Below, piece after piece: positions 13,754 through 28,019 of a stretch of 64,000 nt of DNA. Positions within the stretch are counted from its first letter, which is position 1, and each line of letters opens with the position of its first letter. A program made the translations under genes and the position numbers. The notes below the pieces were generated by a model. It had not been told where the DNA came from, did not search any database, and saw only the letters and a list, made by a program, of their open reading frames with translations. Source of the stretch: Cetorhinus maximus (taxonomy: Eukaryota); contig NC_135888.1 of assembly GCF_964194155.1 (NCBI RefSeq), positions 1,798,001 through 1,862,000 on the forward strand, given 5' to 3'.

Positions 13754-13835
13754 CTGTAAGTTTTATGGCCAGTTGCGGGTGTCGTGGAGAGATGGCATTA
13801 TAAAGTTTTTCACCTAGTGTATTCTGTTGCTCCAT
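13754..13835 (-). CDS. Tandem-MLLE protein, coding exon 1 (N-half of MLLE repeat 1)
   Basis: Translates MEQQNTLGEKLYNAISPRHPQLAIKLT-G, similar to PABPC MLLE ([26 protein letters not shown]). ATG in ccaATGG context with an in-frame TAA two codons upstream. Ends at G|gtacag donor (phase 1). Confidence 0.85.
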
Positions 13836-14289
13836 TGGTTACCCATTTAAAACCACTTGGAGGGAAGCCAGGAGAACGAAGGTGTGAGCTTCCCTCGGCC
13901 AGGTTGTCTTGTCCTCTTCATGGGGCAACTTGCAATGGGCGCCTCCTTCAAATTCACAGCCCCACTGTCACTGTCACAGAGAAAAAAAATCTCAGATTAG
14001 TCACACAGCTGGAAACAGGTCAGTTGCTCATCCATCCCCCTGACTGTCTGTGGACAATATTTCTGCCATATTCCCATGTCTAACAAACACTGAACGACCA
14101 GCTTCTGATGGAGGGGGAGGGGGAGGGGCAAGTGCAATGACCCCCCCTCCCTTAAACGTCATAAACACGACAAACCTTTTTTAAATCCCGTACATTCGAA
14201 GAATTGCCTTTTGTTTTAAACAAATGGGGGGATCCAGAGTAAAAAGAAGAAGCCGCTCCCTTTCTAAACAATCGCTTCACTCCGGTCCG

Positions 14290-15357
<1,068 letters not shown>

Positions 15358-16099
15358 TAAATCTAGCTCATGGCGATTTAATGTTTGGGTAAAATCTCAG
15401 CTGGAGTTTGTGGTTTTCTCCCATGCGCCATCATTGCCCGAGCTTTGTGCACAGGGTTTCGGTGAGTTTGTCAGTCAGTGTGCGGTTGGGGAGCGGTTAG
15501 TTTAATTGCTTTTGGGTTGTGAGGTTGAAAGATTTAGTAGATCAAGACATAGGTGAATTCTCTATGTTTGCTTCTCCCTTGGGAGAGTTTGTAAAAATGT
15601 GGACAGCTCTCACTGATGTGACATTTATTCTTGGGCCATTCTGGTGACTGATTATTTTCTGGACCTTAAACCAATGTCAGAGTTTGATTAGGGAGCTGAT
15701 CTGATGTCTTTCTTACAAACCTCTGCCAGCTGCTGCTCTTGATATACCTGCTGCCCATTTGTACTCTTAATAGTTCAGGAATAGACAAGTGTCCTCATGT
15801 GGTTGCTGAGTTTGATTCCCAGGTTAAGGTACTGCCATTACGTGTGTTCCAGTTTTAATTCTATTATTGGGGCTACTGATTTGTGGTAGTGTGTAGTTCT
15901 GCAGGCATTAATCACGGCAGTATTTTGCCATGGTGCCACTTTAACATCTGAAATTATTATTTGACTTGGAGTCATGCTGAGCACACAACAGCTCTACCCT
16001 TCCTGGTGTCCAGGACTCCTTTCTATACAAAGTTGTACCCATTTTGCTGTTGAAAGCTCTATCAGATACTTCAGTATTACTGTACCAGTGACACTTGGA

Positions 16100-17370
16100 A
16101 CATAAGAACTAGGAGTAGGCAATTCAACCCCTCGAGCCTGCCCCGCCATTCATGAAGATCATGGCTGATCTTATTTTGGCCTCAACTCCAATTTCCCACC
16201 CTCTCCCCATAACCTTTCAACCCATTAATTAAAAACCTGTCTTGTCTCCTCAAATTTATTCAGTGTCCTGGCATCCACTGCATTCTGAGGTAGTGAATTC
16301 CACAGATGCACGACCCTTTGAGAAAAGTAATTCCTCCTCATCTCTGATTTAAATCTATCACCCCTAAGCCTAAAACTATGGGCTCCTCGTTCTAGAATGC
16401 CCCACAAGGGGAAACATCCGCTCTACATCTACTTTGTCTATCCCCTTTAGCATCTTATATACCTCAATTAGATCTCCTCTCATCCTTCTAAACTCTAGTG
16501 AGTATAGGCCTAAACTGCTCAATCTCTCCTCATAAGACAAGCCCCGCATCTCTGGAATCAATCTAGTGAACCTCCTCTGAACCGCCTCCAGTGTAACTAC
16601 ATCCTTCCTCAAGTAAGGGTACCAAAACTGTGCACATTACTCCAGGTGCAGTCTCACCAATGCCTTGTACAGTTGCAACAACACTTCCCTATTTTTATAC
16701 TCTATTCCTTTAGCAATAAATGCCAAAATTCTATCTGCCTTCCTTATTACCTGCTGTACCTGCAAATTAGCTTTCAGCGATTCATGCATGAGGACACCCA
16801 GATCCCTCTGCACTGAAGCATTCTGAAGTTTCTCTCCATTTAAATAGTAAGTCGCCTTTTTATTCTTCCGACCAAAATGGATAACCTCACACTAATCCAC
16901 GTTAAACTCCATCTGCCAGGTTTTGGCCCATTCACCTAACCTGTCCATATCCATTTGTAAATTTATTTCTTCATTGCAACTTACTTTGCCACCTATTTTG
17001 GTGACATCTACACATTTAGCTATTGTACCTTCTACCCCTGAATCCAAGTCATTAATTTAGATTGTAAATAGTTGGGGCCCAAGGACCAAACCCTGTAGCA
17101 CCCCACTAGTTACAGCTTGCCATCCAGAAAAAGACCAATTTATCCCGACTCTGCTTTCTGTTGGTTAGCCAATCCTCTATCCAAGTTAATATATTACCCT
17201 TAACTCCGTGTGATCGGAGAATCTTGTGTATTAATCTTTTATGCGGCACCTTTATCAAAGGCCTTCTGGAAGTCCAGATATACTACATCTAGTATATCTA
17301 ATGGACCCCCATTATCCACTTTGCTTGTCACATCTTCAAAGAACTCTAGCAAATTAGTCAAACACGATTT
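16100..17370 (-). mobile_element. CR1 LINE 3' fragment in an rpl28 intron
   Basis: LEAVQRRFTRLIP...LGLYSLEFRRMRGDLIEVYK; same family as 10455-11835, in the opposite orientation. Confidence 0.9.
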
Positions 17371-17955
17371 ACTTGTGCTTTTTCAGCCAACTGCATTCTC
17401 TTGGTTGGTTTAGTTCCAGGTGTTTGTATTACAACTGAAATGACTTTTGACAGGGCTTTGTACTCAATTAATCAATTCTTGAGTTATCCAAAACTAGTTA
17501 GTCATTTATGGTACAGGAGGAGGCCATTTGGCCCATCCAAGACTGCCAGCTCCCCACGGAGCAGTCCAGTCAGTTCTATTCCCCTCTTCAATCCCTGTAG
17601 CTCTGCAAGTCTTTCAACTGCCCATCCAATTCCAATCTAAAATAATTGTTTCCGCTTCCACCACCCTTGTGGGCGGTGAGTTCAGGCCATTACCACTTAT
17701 TGTATTTTTTTAAAAAGATTCTTCCTCACATTGCCCCTGCATCTCTTGCCCAAAATCTTTCATCTGTATCCCCTAGTCCTTCTAGTTGTGCACCTTGTTA
17801 TTAATCTCTATGGTTTACTAGATATTGCTTCTCTGTATCTAAGATTTATGATGACTTGTTGACAGAATTAATCCAGAGTCTTGTTAATGTAATGAAATGA
17901 ATGTTGTGCTCCATTTTAAAAATCTTTTTGACACACTCTTGTACCTGCGATACAG

Positions 17956-18079
17956 GAGCCCAACAACTTGAAGTCCAGAAACTCTTTCCGTTACAATGGG
18001 CTTATTCACCGCAAAACTGTAGGTGTAGAGCCAGCAGCCGACGGAAAAGGAGTGGTGGTTGTCCTCAAAAAGCGGGCAG
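17956..18079 (+). CDS. rpl28: rpl28 coding exon 2
   Basis: [41 protein letters not shown]; AG/GT boundaries. Confidence 0.97.
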
Positions 18080-18529
18080 GTAGGTTGCATTGATCCTTAC
18101 TTGTGAATTATATGACTACACCTTATATTCTGTGCATTTCTAGTAGTTGGGTATGCCCATCGAGTCTGAATTGCTGTAATTGGACAGGAGTAGCTGAGTG
18201 CTTTGACAATTTTTTTCTCTACTTTCTCCCAGGCATCTAATTACTGTATTCTATTGAACTTTTTATTCAGTGGCTGAATAAGATTAATTTACCAATTCTG
18301 CTCTTTAGGTAGTCTCTCAGGCTGCTTTTTAGCCTGAGACACTATCTCTGAATTGCCGCTCCTTTCCCTATTCGGGCCTGTTTGCTGTGGCTGTGACCTT
18401 ATGTTGGGGCATTCCTTCTTGATGTTGAGTTTGAGTAAGATTGTCTGGTAATGTGGCCACTTGCACACTGCTTGTGGTACTTCATTTTTTATTGCTTTCT
18501 ATTCAGTTTTGTGCACTTGCCTATTTTAG

Positions 18530-18648
18530 GTCAACGCAAACCAGCGACATCCTATGAAAAGATCACCATCAACAAGAATGGCCGCGCCACCCTGAACAGT
18601 TTGCGACACATCATCCGTAAGAACAACTACCGAAAGGATCTTCGCATG
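18530..18648 (+). CDS. rpl28: rpl28 coding exon 3
   Basis: [40 protein letters not shown]; AG/GT boundaries. Confidence 0.97.
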
Positions 18649-19445
18649 GTACGAGATGTTTGATACTATATGCACAAACTCCAGCTTCGTGACTAATGAA
18701 GCTAGTCAAGTAATTTTGATTCTGTTTAATGCAGCAGCTGGTTAAAATATTTTTTCTGCATGATTTCTTTCTCAGCTGAAGCTTGTCTTTGCTAATTTGC
18801 AGTTCCCTGGGCATCCTCTGTTGCTGTGCCCAATTAACCACTTGTGTGCACACTGCACTGTTTCTGCCCCCTTCTCACCTTAATTCTTATTTGGCTGAGA
18901 TCAGCTGACTTTGCACACACTACAATTGGAAACTAAGATGTTTTCTATAGCTGAGAATTTGTCCGCTAAGCCACCAAGAGACCTCTTTGAATTCAACAGA
19001 AAAAAATCAGATGAGAACAGCAAACACCTTTGTTTCAGTTTGCAAAAATCAATTGTAGCACTTAAGTGGGATGTTTAACCCCACTGGTCAACAGAGGTGA
19101 GTCTTCAGTTTAGTCACCTAGTTTAATTGCATTTCCCTTCTCTTTCCCTTTTAACTTATAGACTCTGCTTCAACAATGATTTGTGACTGAATTCCATATT
19201 CAACAGAGAATGTTTTCTAACCTCACTTGTCTTTAATTCAATTTTAATTTGTGCCTCCTCATTACCTAGCTGACCACTGGATCTATCATTCACCTCTAGT
19301 CATATGGTGCCACTCCCCTTAATTCCATGCACTATTACATATGCTGTTACTATAAATCACTTGTGAAAAGTTTGTCCTGGAAGTTATAACCCTGCAGTTT
19401 ATTGAAAATAAGTTGATTTTATGATGGTGGGATTTTTTTTTCCAG

Positions 19446-19535
19446 GCTGCACTTCGTCGAGCCAGTGCCATCCTGAAGAGTCAGAAACCAGTTGTGGTCA
19501 AGAAGAAGCGCACTCGGGCTACCAAGAGCGCATGA
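19446..19535 (+). CDS. rpl28: rpl28 last coding exon (total 137 aa)
   Basis: [32 protein letters not shown]; AATAAA at 19563-19568. Confidence 0.97.
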   Translation, partial: AALRRASAILKSQKPVVVKKKRTRATKSA

Positions 19536-21204
19536 ACTTGTAAAAGATTTGACATGATTCATAATAAAGGAAAATTTTAAGTAGCTTGTTCTGTGTGGTT
19601 GTGTTAAATGAGCTGCTTGTGCTTGGGGCTAGTATCACTATCATGGGAACTTGCTAACTGTCTTTAAGGAATCTTATCAACTCCATTGATGGACTGTTTC
19701 CTTTAGGTCAGGAGCCTCTTTTTTAAAAAATTAAACTCCAGAAGAATGTGCATCATTTAGATGTTTCCCTTCCAAACATTGGAATCTTGACTTCCATCAT
19801 ATCGAACCGCACTTCGTTCACCTGCAAGGATGGAGTTTGGCTATTTACAATCCATATTAATGACTCGAACGAGGAGACGGAGAGTAATGTATCTTAAGTT
19901 TAATTAAGGCAGAGTTGGACAGATTTTTGATATACAAGGGAGTTGAGGGCTATGGGAGGTAGATGGTAAAGTACAATTGAGAGCACAGCCAGATCAGCCA
20001 CAATCTTATTGAATTTGAGAGCAGGCTTGAAGGGCTGAATGGCCTACTCCAAATAATTGTACACATCTGTACGCAAAATATTTACACATTTACTGGAAGT
20101 GATAATGCTGCTCTGGCTGTTACTTTTTTCTTTCCAAGTTATATTCAAATACATGCTGACCATTACTTGAATATAACACTTAAGTAATAATATGCTGATC
20201 TGCTTTACCACTGGGAAGGATAAGTGTATATTTTCCAGAAGTAAAGCCTTCCCTGTTGCCATCCTAGTCAGCACTTTGTGTTGTCAACAAACATTAGAAT
20301 TGTTAAACGGTGTTTAATTAATGTTACACCATAAAATATGCTTGCAATTGAGCAGAAATGTCACAAGATAAATGGAAGGAAACTTGATTGGCTATCCAGC
20401 TCATCTTTGAAACATACCTCTTTGAATTAGAATATCCAACTCCCTATGAAATAATTCAGTTTGCGTCTACTACCCTATCCCAGGCATTGCAGCTTTTCCT
20501 GTTACAATAACTAAGCTTGTCCTTGTCCCACTATGTTCCTGTTCTAATCTTGTCTATGTTCTCCAACTTATTGCGTTTATCTTGTTTCATATCTCATAGT
20601 TCTAAATTCGAGGAAATTTTGTCTAAATCTAGTGTAGCTCTTTGACTGCTTTATTAGATTTTTGGATTTATCTGTCTTTTCCTCGCCCTTTTTCTCCAAG
20701 TTGACATTGTCTTCAACTTGGACCATTACCTCAGCAATTAATGTTTGCTGCTGTGTCTTTCAGTTTATCTTCTGTTTAAAATTTTATGTAGGAATGTTTT
20801 GAATTATAGCTTTCATATAGCACCCTAAGTCTAATAAAACACCCAATTCACAAGAGCATTAAGCAAAATTTGAACTCTGACAGATTAATGCTGATGACTA
20901 AAAGTTGGTCATTGGTAGTTTTTAGAACTATCATAAAGAAGAAAAGAGGTTTACGGGAGGGAATTCAAGAGTTTAGGGCCTTGGCAACTGAAGACACCCT
21001 TGGAAGCAGGGGAGTGCAGTTAGCTCAGATGGAGAAAATTGCAGTAGGGAATGGTGAGGCTGTGGAAGGAGTTGAAAACAAAGATAAAAATTTTAAAATT
21101 GAAGTTGCTTACCTGGAAGCCGAGTAAGGACTTGGGCCATAAGAATATACTTTTGTGCTTATTGACGTGTTTTTCTGGGTAAATGTGTCAAGGGTATTCT
21201 TTTA

Positions 21205-21359
21205 CAAAAACAGAATCCTCAGTTCTGTTGAAGGGTCGTGAGGACTCGAAACGTCGACTCTTTTCTTCTCCACCAATGCTGCCAGGCCTGCTGAGTTTTT
21301 CCAGGTAATTCTGTTTTTGTTTTGGATTTCCAGTATCCGCAGTAGTTTTTTGTTTTTAT
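21205..21359 (+). mobile_element. Short Penelope-end-like insertion with 15-bp TSD
   Basis: TSD AAGGGTATTCTTTTA at 21190-21204 and 21360-21374; internal ctgttgaagggtc...gactcgaaacgtc. Confidence 0.75.
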
Positions 21360-24300
21360 AAGGGTATTCTTTTAATGTGTGCCTGAGATCTCACTTAAAA
21401 ATGGAGGAAGTTGCCTCAGTTGAATCTTCCCTATTCCAGTAATTTATTTCCAGTAGATAGGCCTCAAATTTGTTGTTAATTCCTTTATTGTCGATTATTC
21501 ATGCAGGACGAATAGGCCAATAGAGACTTGACAGAAGTACTTTATTCAGTTGTGGGAGTACTGCCCAAAAGAAAAAGGCACCATTTACATTTCGGTTTGA
21601 GTTGCTTGAAATGTCTTTTCCAGAACTTGAACATTACTATCACCTGGATTACTTCAAATTTATCAAGGTGATAAAGTATTACATTTTGAGTAGTTCTGAA
21701 ATGACTGGTACCATCTAGGCCATTGCCAATTGATAAAGAAGAGCTGCTCTTGTATTTTGCTGAAATTCTTGTACTTTGTAGTTTGGTAATTTTAACAAGC
21801 TGTTAATTTTTCTCCCAGTCTTCAATAAATTTAATAATCTGATTCCCTGCATTCTATGAAGTGTTACAATCTGTGTTAGGAATACTGAAAACGATTGACT
21901 ATCCCTACTCTTATGTTGAATGTTTTGAATGGTTTTATCTTTGGCAATTGCGGATTGGAACCCTTACTAGATAAAGAGAAACTGTCAACCGTGTTTCTGT
22001 AATCAGCAAACTCTACTATTGCAATGCTTTCCTGACAGGCCTCCCATTTTCTTTCTGTAAACTTGAGCTCATCTAAAACAACTGCCCAGATCCTAATTCA
22101 CACCAAGTCCCATTCCTACATCACCCAAAAGATGAGACACTACAGAGATGGGGTATGGCGATAAGGCCACGGAGAGATTTTAACATAAAAATTGAGAATT
22201 TAAGTAGAGACATTGCTGAGGCAGCAGCTGATGTAGGTCACAGGTAAGGTGTGAATGGGACTTGGTGTTATTTAGGATACAGGCTGCATTGTTGTGGATG
22301 AGTTCAGTTTTATGGAAAATAGCCAGGAGAACATTGGAATAGTCAAGTCCAAAGGAAACACGTGGATGAGGGTTCAAACAGCATGAGTTGAGGCACGGGC
22401 AGAGGTAGGGTATCTTGGTGATAGTGGCTTTGTCGTCAGCGTGAGCATATAAGATGTGAAAAGGGTAGGGAGAGAATGTGACAACATAAGATGAGTCAAG
22501 GAACAAGAGTATATCTTTGTTCACAGGATGTGGGCCTCGCTGTTAAGGCAAGTATTTATTGTCCACCCCTAATTGCTCTTGAGCAAATGGTGGTGAGTTG
22601 TCTTGAGCCGTTGCAGTCCATGTGGTGCAAGTACACCAGTGCCATTAGGGAGGATATTCAAGGATTTTGACCCAGGGACAGTGAAGAAATATTAATTATA
22701 GTTCCAAGTTAGGATGGTGTGTGATTTGGAGGGGAGCTTTCAATTGGTGGTGTGTATGACCATGGATCATAGCCCCAAATTACTTATGGACATAATGAAC
22801 TTTGTAAGTGAGATCTGTTTTTTTTAAAAGAAAATAGGATCTACAAACAAAAGCTGGCTAAGACAGTAAAGTAACCACTTGCTGGAAAATATGTGGATTA
22901 CAATTGATCAACTAGTCCAGAGAGTGGAATGTCGCACCTAAAAAAGTGTCAAGGCCTACTTTAAACAGAAACACTTAAAAAAAAAGATGTAATGCAAAAA
23001 CTGAACTGTAATCTGGTTGCAGATATAATGAAGGCTGATAACCATTGTGGCAGAAACCATCTCCTGTGAGTTATATCCCAAACTGTGGACATGATGTGAG
23101 TTGAAAGAAAGCAGTTACTGGGTGAAAGACAGGTTTGTTTTCTCCCCTCCAGGAATACACAAAAAAGGGGGTTAAAAGCCAACTGCAGCTCTGGCCTGTG
23201 TGCTAGTTTTGGTGTTCCAGGCCTAGTGTGTGAGGGTGTGCTGTGAAAGTCACAGCTGAAGAACATCAACTAGGCATCCCTGTGCTTGCAGGTAAAAATA
23301 AGCCCCCTCTCTCATTGCTGACGGGAAGTCACAAATCAGCAAAGCCACAGTTGAAAAGGAAATGACAACTCCTTTCAGCTAACCGGCAGAACCAAGAATC
23401 TCCAAACGGCTGCAATATGTTGCCATCGACTCCTCACAGACAAGCCAAAGACTGATCCGTATTTTTTTTTAAATCTTCCTTTCTGCACTCACCACATTTC
23501 TAATCCGTGTGTATGTGTGTTGCAATTTTATTATTTTTTCTTGTGCTTTAGTAACTAATAAACCCACTCTTTCTTAAGAAAGCCTGATTAAATTGGCTCC
23601 TTTAATAACATAAATACATTTGGACTGGGATAAGGTACCCAGGAGGGATCTTTTTTAAATTAACCTTATTGTGACCAACCAAGGGGGTTGAATAAAACAG
23701 GGGAGCCAGCTCATTCCTCCTCACTGGTGGGGGAGAGAAGAGGGATAACAATTTAGGGGTACTTCGTCCAGGCTCATCATAAATTGGGGGAACCTCACCT
23801 GGGCACTGGTGGTAACAGGTGCTCCCATGCGTCTGCTGCTTTCTTCCAGGTGGTGGAAGCCTTGGCCAGTTACTGCTTAATGAATAGACATGCTGTTGAA
23901 GCTCTTTGCACTCACCAGGACAGATCAGTGCCAGCTCCTGGCCCGCTCTATTTAACCCTGTCACTACATCTCAAATTCACCAGGTAATCATTACACTTCA
24001 ACAAATGCACAGAAAACCCCTCGATAACAAGCGATTAAACTATAATATCGATAATTGTTACAGCCATAATCTGCCATTTCTGAAGGTTGTTGTCTACATA
24101 AAATTTATAAAACGAACAGTTTAGTGGTAATTGGATTTAATTTTAATAATAAGGCATTTTAAAACATGAGTGAAATCGATGGTATTTGATGTTCTATAAT
24201 CCTTTCACTAAATTACTGCAGGTTACAATGGGAATAATGATGCCGTATTCCAGCCATAAGATATGGCGCAATTGGACTAACTATAAATAAGTTAGTACTG

Positions 24301-24896
24301 ATGGAGAATGAGTGATGCTTTTCTGCTAAGTACTCTGCAGAACTCCAGCATCTGGTTGGGGGCGGGGTGGTATTTTTGCGCAGCATTTTGCTGATCTTTT
24401 ACCAACCCGCCCACCTGTAAAGATTATTGAGTGTCTTGGGGCGCCCTGCAGTATAGAGCTAAATGCAATGTAAGTCAGTGAAACGGCGAAACACATTAAC
24501 GGGGCCAGCAAAGGTCGCCTCGTTAAATCGCGCACCTGAGGTATTGTTGGGAAAGGTGGGCAACGGTTTGGGGCTCTGATATAAAACCGACCTTACTGCC
24601 TCTCATTGGCTGTGTAACGTGTGCCAAGGGAATACACCTGGAGAGTGGACATCGAGTCAGAAGCCTGGGGTCTGGAGGGTGGTCTCAGTCCCCCCCGCCC
24701 TCCCGGGTGGCTGCCCATTGCAGAAACAATTCAGTCAGAAAAGTGCAAGTCTGAAGACTGAGCCCTGGAACACGACTGTGTTCCTGGATCTGAATTCCTA
24801 TCTTCCGAGAAATGAGCAGGCGGAGTATGGAAAAGAAGCTTAAAAAAAAAAATAGCACCTAGACTAGAAAAACCAAGTCCAGTCGGAGGCTCCAAC

Positions 24897-25080
24897 ATGC
24901 AGTTCCTAGCCGCCCTGCTCCTTGTGTGCGCTCTCGACTCCTCTCCTCCCAGCGCAGCCTACCAGCTACAGGACACCATCGATGGGCTGAGAGAGGAGAA
25001 CGGTCACCTGCATGTGCAGGTGGAAAACCTGACCCAAGCTCTTCGGCAAGCCAGGCAGTTAGTGTGGAATTACTCCAGAG
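24897..25080 (+). CDS. Uncharacterised secretory-pathway coiled-coil protein, exon 1
   Basis: aacATG start; signal-peptide-like MQFLAALLLVCALDS; heptad segment LQDTIDGLREENGHLHVQVENLTQALRQARQLV; sequons NLT and NYS; strong AG|gtgagt donor (phase 1). Confidence 0.72.
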
Positions 25081-25779
25081 GTGAGTCTGCTTGGCCTGAG
25101 AAACACCAACATTGCTGATGGGGGTGCATCTCCCACCCAGGAATGTGACCGATGCAATTGGGATAAAGCTTTGCAGAGGGTCAGTCGGTGCTGAACGATA
25201 GTTACCACCCGTGTGTTAAATTATTCACAAAGTGAGTTAAACTCATTGGGAAGACAGAGAGGAAATTGGAAGATTTTGTTTTCAGACTAATGAGACGGAA
25301 TATTTTACCAGGAGTGGCTATTCAGACTGAAATGAAGGGAGTTGTATAAGTATTTGAATTGAAAGAATATAAAGGGATATAGTGAGAGGTCGAGGACATG
25401 CAGTTAGAGTAGGCATTCCAGTTGAAAAGCTAACAGTGACCCCAGGGCTGGATTTTCTTTTGAGTTGATGATACCTGCTCCCTCAGCAGCAGAGGAGGTT
25501 CCCTCCTCTCTCCAGTGAGGCAAGGCTGACGAGGTTAAAATCCTCAACCCAGGTCCCTGTGATTGTGGTAAAAGCAAAATACTGCAGATGTTGGCAATCT
25601 GAAATAAAAATCTGAAATAAATAAAGTGGTTGTGAATTGATCGCAGAAACCCAACTACATTTAGTGCTAAGGTAGTCAGTTCAGACAAGAGAAGCTGCAT
25701 GGAAAATGGAAATGTCATATTTTGTACCATATTAGACGGGAGCAGATTAAGGAGGATTACGAGAAAGACAAAACAGGGT

Positions 25780-26250
25780 TTAAATGGTTCCAGGGATGAG
25801 AAATTTGAGCTATGAGGATAGATTGGAGAGTTTGGGACTGTTCTCCTCAGAGAGGAGAAGGCTAAGAGGAGATTTGATAGAGCTGTTCAAAATCATGAGG
25901 GAGCTGGATAGGGTAAGTAGGGAGAAACTGTCCCTGTTCGTCAAGGGATTGTGAACGAGAGGGCACAGATTAATGTGATTTGCAAAAGAAGCAAGTGTGA
26001 CGTGAGAAAAAACTTTTTCACACAGCGAGTGGTTCAAGTCTGGAATACACTGCCTGGAAGTGTGGTGGAGGCAGGTTCAATCGAGGCATTCAAGAGGGCA
26101 ACAGAAGATTATTTGAATAGAAACAATGTGCAAGGGTACAGGAAAAAGCAGGAGAATGGCAGTAAATCATGATGCTCATTTGGAGAGCCGGTGCAGACAC
26201 AATGGGCCAAATGGCCTCCTGTGCAGTAACAATCCTGTGATTCTGTGAGA
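25780..26250 (+). mobile_element. CR1 3' end fragment
   Basis: RRLRGDLIELFKI and RKNFFTQRVVQVWNTLP motifs. Similar decayed pieces lie at ~12830-13205 (+) and ~55735-56190 (-). Confidence 0.8.
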
Positions 26251-28019
26251 ATGCTTGTATGTAAACGTACAAAGTGTGGTGAATAAAGGTGAATTACAAG
26301 TGCAAATAATTGTGTAGGCCTATGGTGTGGCTTAAAAATGGTGAGGACTGTGTGCTTAACATTCAAGGGTTTTGGACAAGTGATACAGTGAGGATGTGAG
26401 GAAGAACTTTTACTCATCAAGTGGTAATGAATTCGCTGTTTACAAGGGTGGTGGAAGCAGAGATGATCAATGATTGCAAAAGGAAAACTGGATGGACTCT
26501 TGACAGAAATAGACTTGGAGGATTCTGGGGGAAGGGGATGGTATGGGACTGACTGGATTGCTGTACAGGGAATTGTGATGGGCTTAATGGGCCACATGGC
26601 TTCCTTGTGTACCTTAATGACTGTATTGATGGTAGATTTCTTAGGTTGCAGATTGAGAAACATTGTGGCAGTGCAGTTCAAGCTTTCACATATTCTTAAA
26701 AAGGCAAAGGTGCTGTTAGGTAGGTAGAGTTTCAGGACATCAACTAACAATGATGAATGTACAGTGATATATGGCCAAATTGGGATGTTGACTTGGAGGG
26801 GAACGGAATGTAGTTAAACACATAACACATAAACCAATCACCCTCCCTGGCCTACTTACAAATGTTTTCTGTATATCACTGTAATAACACATAGAATTAG
26901 GTTGGTGATTGGTTTTGCATTAAGTTTGTCTTTTGGGAAAATGTAAGCCACACAGACTGTTCTGCTTTTCCTGGGATCATTTAGTTTATTTTCCCCCAGC
27001 GCAATGGAATTGTTAAGTTTCTTTCTCAAATAAATTAATCCCAGTAATTTACCCCTTCCTCAATAATGTATTATTTATTGTACATATTATACCATTTACC
27101 CCTGTTGATTCAAAGTTGTATTTGACAAAATTGCAAAAAAATTGAAATGATAAATATTTTGAATGAACCAACTTTAAGAGGAGATTGAGGAGTTTAAGTG
27201 TAATAAAAGATAGTTGAAAATTATATTGAATTTTTGATTATCTGAAGCTCTCCATTTGCAGCATCATGTATACATGAGTAGTTCTCATGGTGACAAGGCT
27301 AAAGGATATTTTCTCTGCTTGCTGTTCCTTTGTTGTTTCTAACCTTGGTGCATGCAGAGATTGTAATCTCTGTGAGGTGCAGGTGGTGTTGAGTTCCCTG
27401 TGTATAGATGAAACTGTGATAACTTCACATTTGTGTCATTGAAATATAGCTTTATTTTCACTGTTACAAAGAAATGAAAGTTTGCATTTCTGAAATGGGT
27501 TTCTGTAAATCCCAACTTTTGAGGTAAAAAAAGGTCCTTGGAATGAAATGTGATGTTCCAATCTAGTCAGTTTTTGCTTTGAACAATGAATGAAGCCAAA
27601 TCAACCACCACTGTTTATTTACGGGGAGAGTTAAGCTTGATAACTAATGTGAAATATACTCTCTGTTAATGTTGTTGTTCACTGTTTGATACATTTCTTT
27701 GGTGGTTAAAACTTAATGCACAGTGTAGAATAATCTTATTCTATCATCTTCTGAAATCAAGGAAAATATGTGATCAGTAAGCTAAAATAAATCCCTGGAT
27801 AAGTTACTTTTTTAACTTGGGTATCTGGGTAAATACGATAGAGACCAATGGTTCATCTACATTGTGACAAAAATGGTGTGGGATGACTGTTTTTGACACG
27901 GTGCAGGGCCGGGAGCTGGAAATTGTCCTGACGTCAGGTTCCTGATTCCAAATCCAAAAGCTAGCCCATTGTTTCATATGGACAAACAGGTAATATAATG
28001 AAATTTTCACTTATACCGA

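Noticed and set aside
679-13835. Calling the MLLE gene PABPC or UBR5
   Set aside because: No RRM, UBR-box or HECT exons; an in-frame stop precedes the ATG; four repeats rather than one.
26109-26750. 213 aa minus-strand ORF
   Set aside because: Antisense to decayed CR1 3' fragments, with no coherent protein features.
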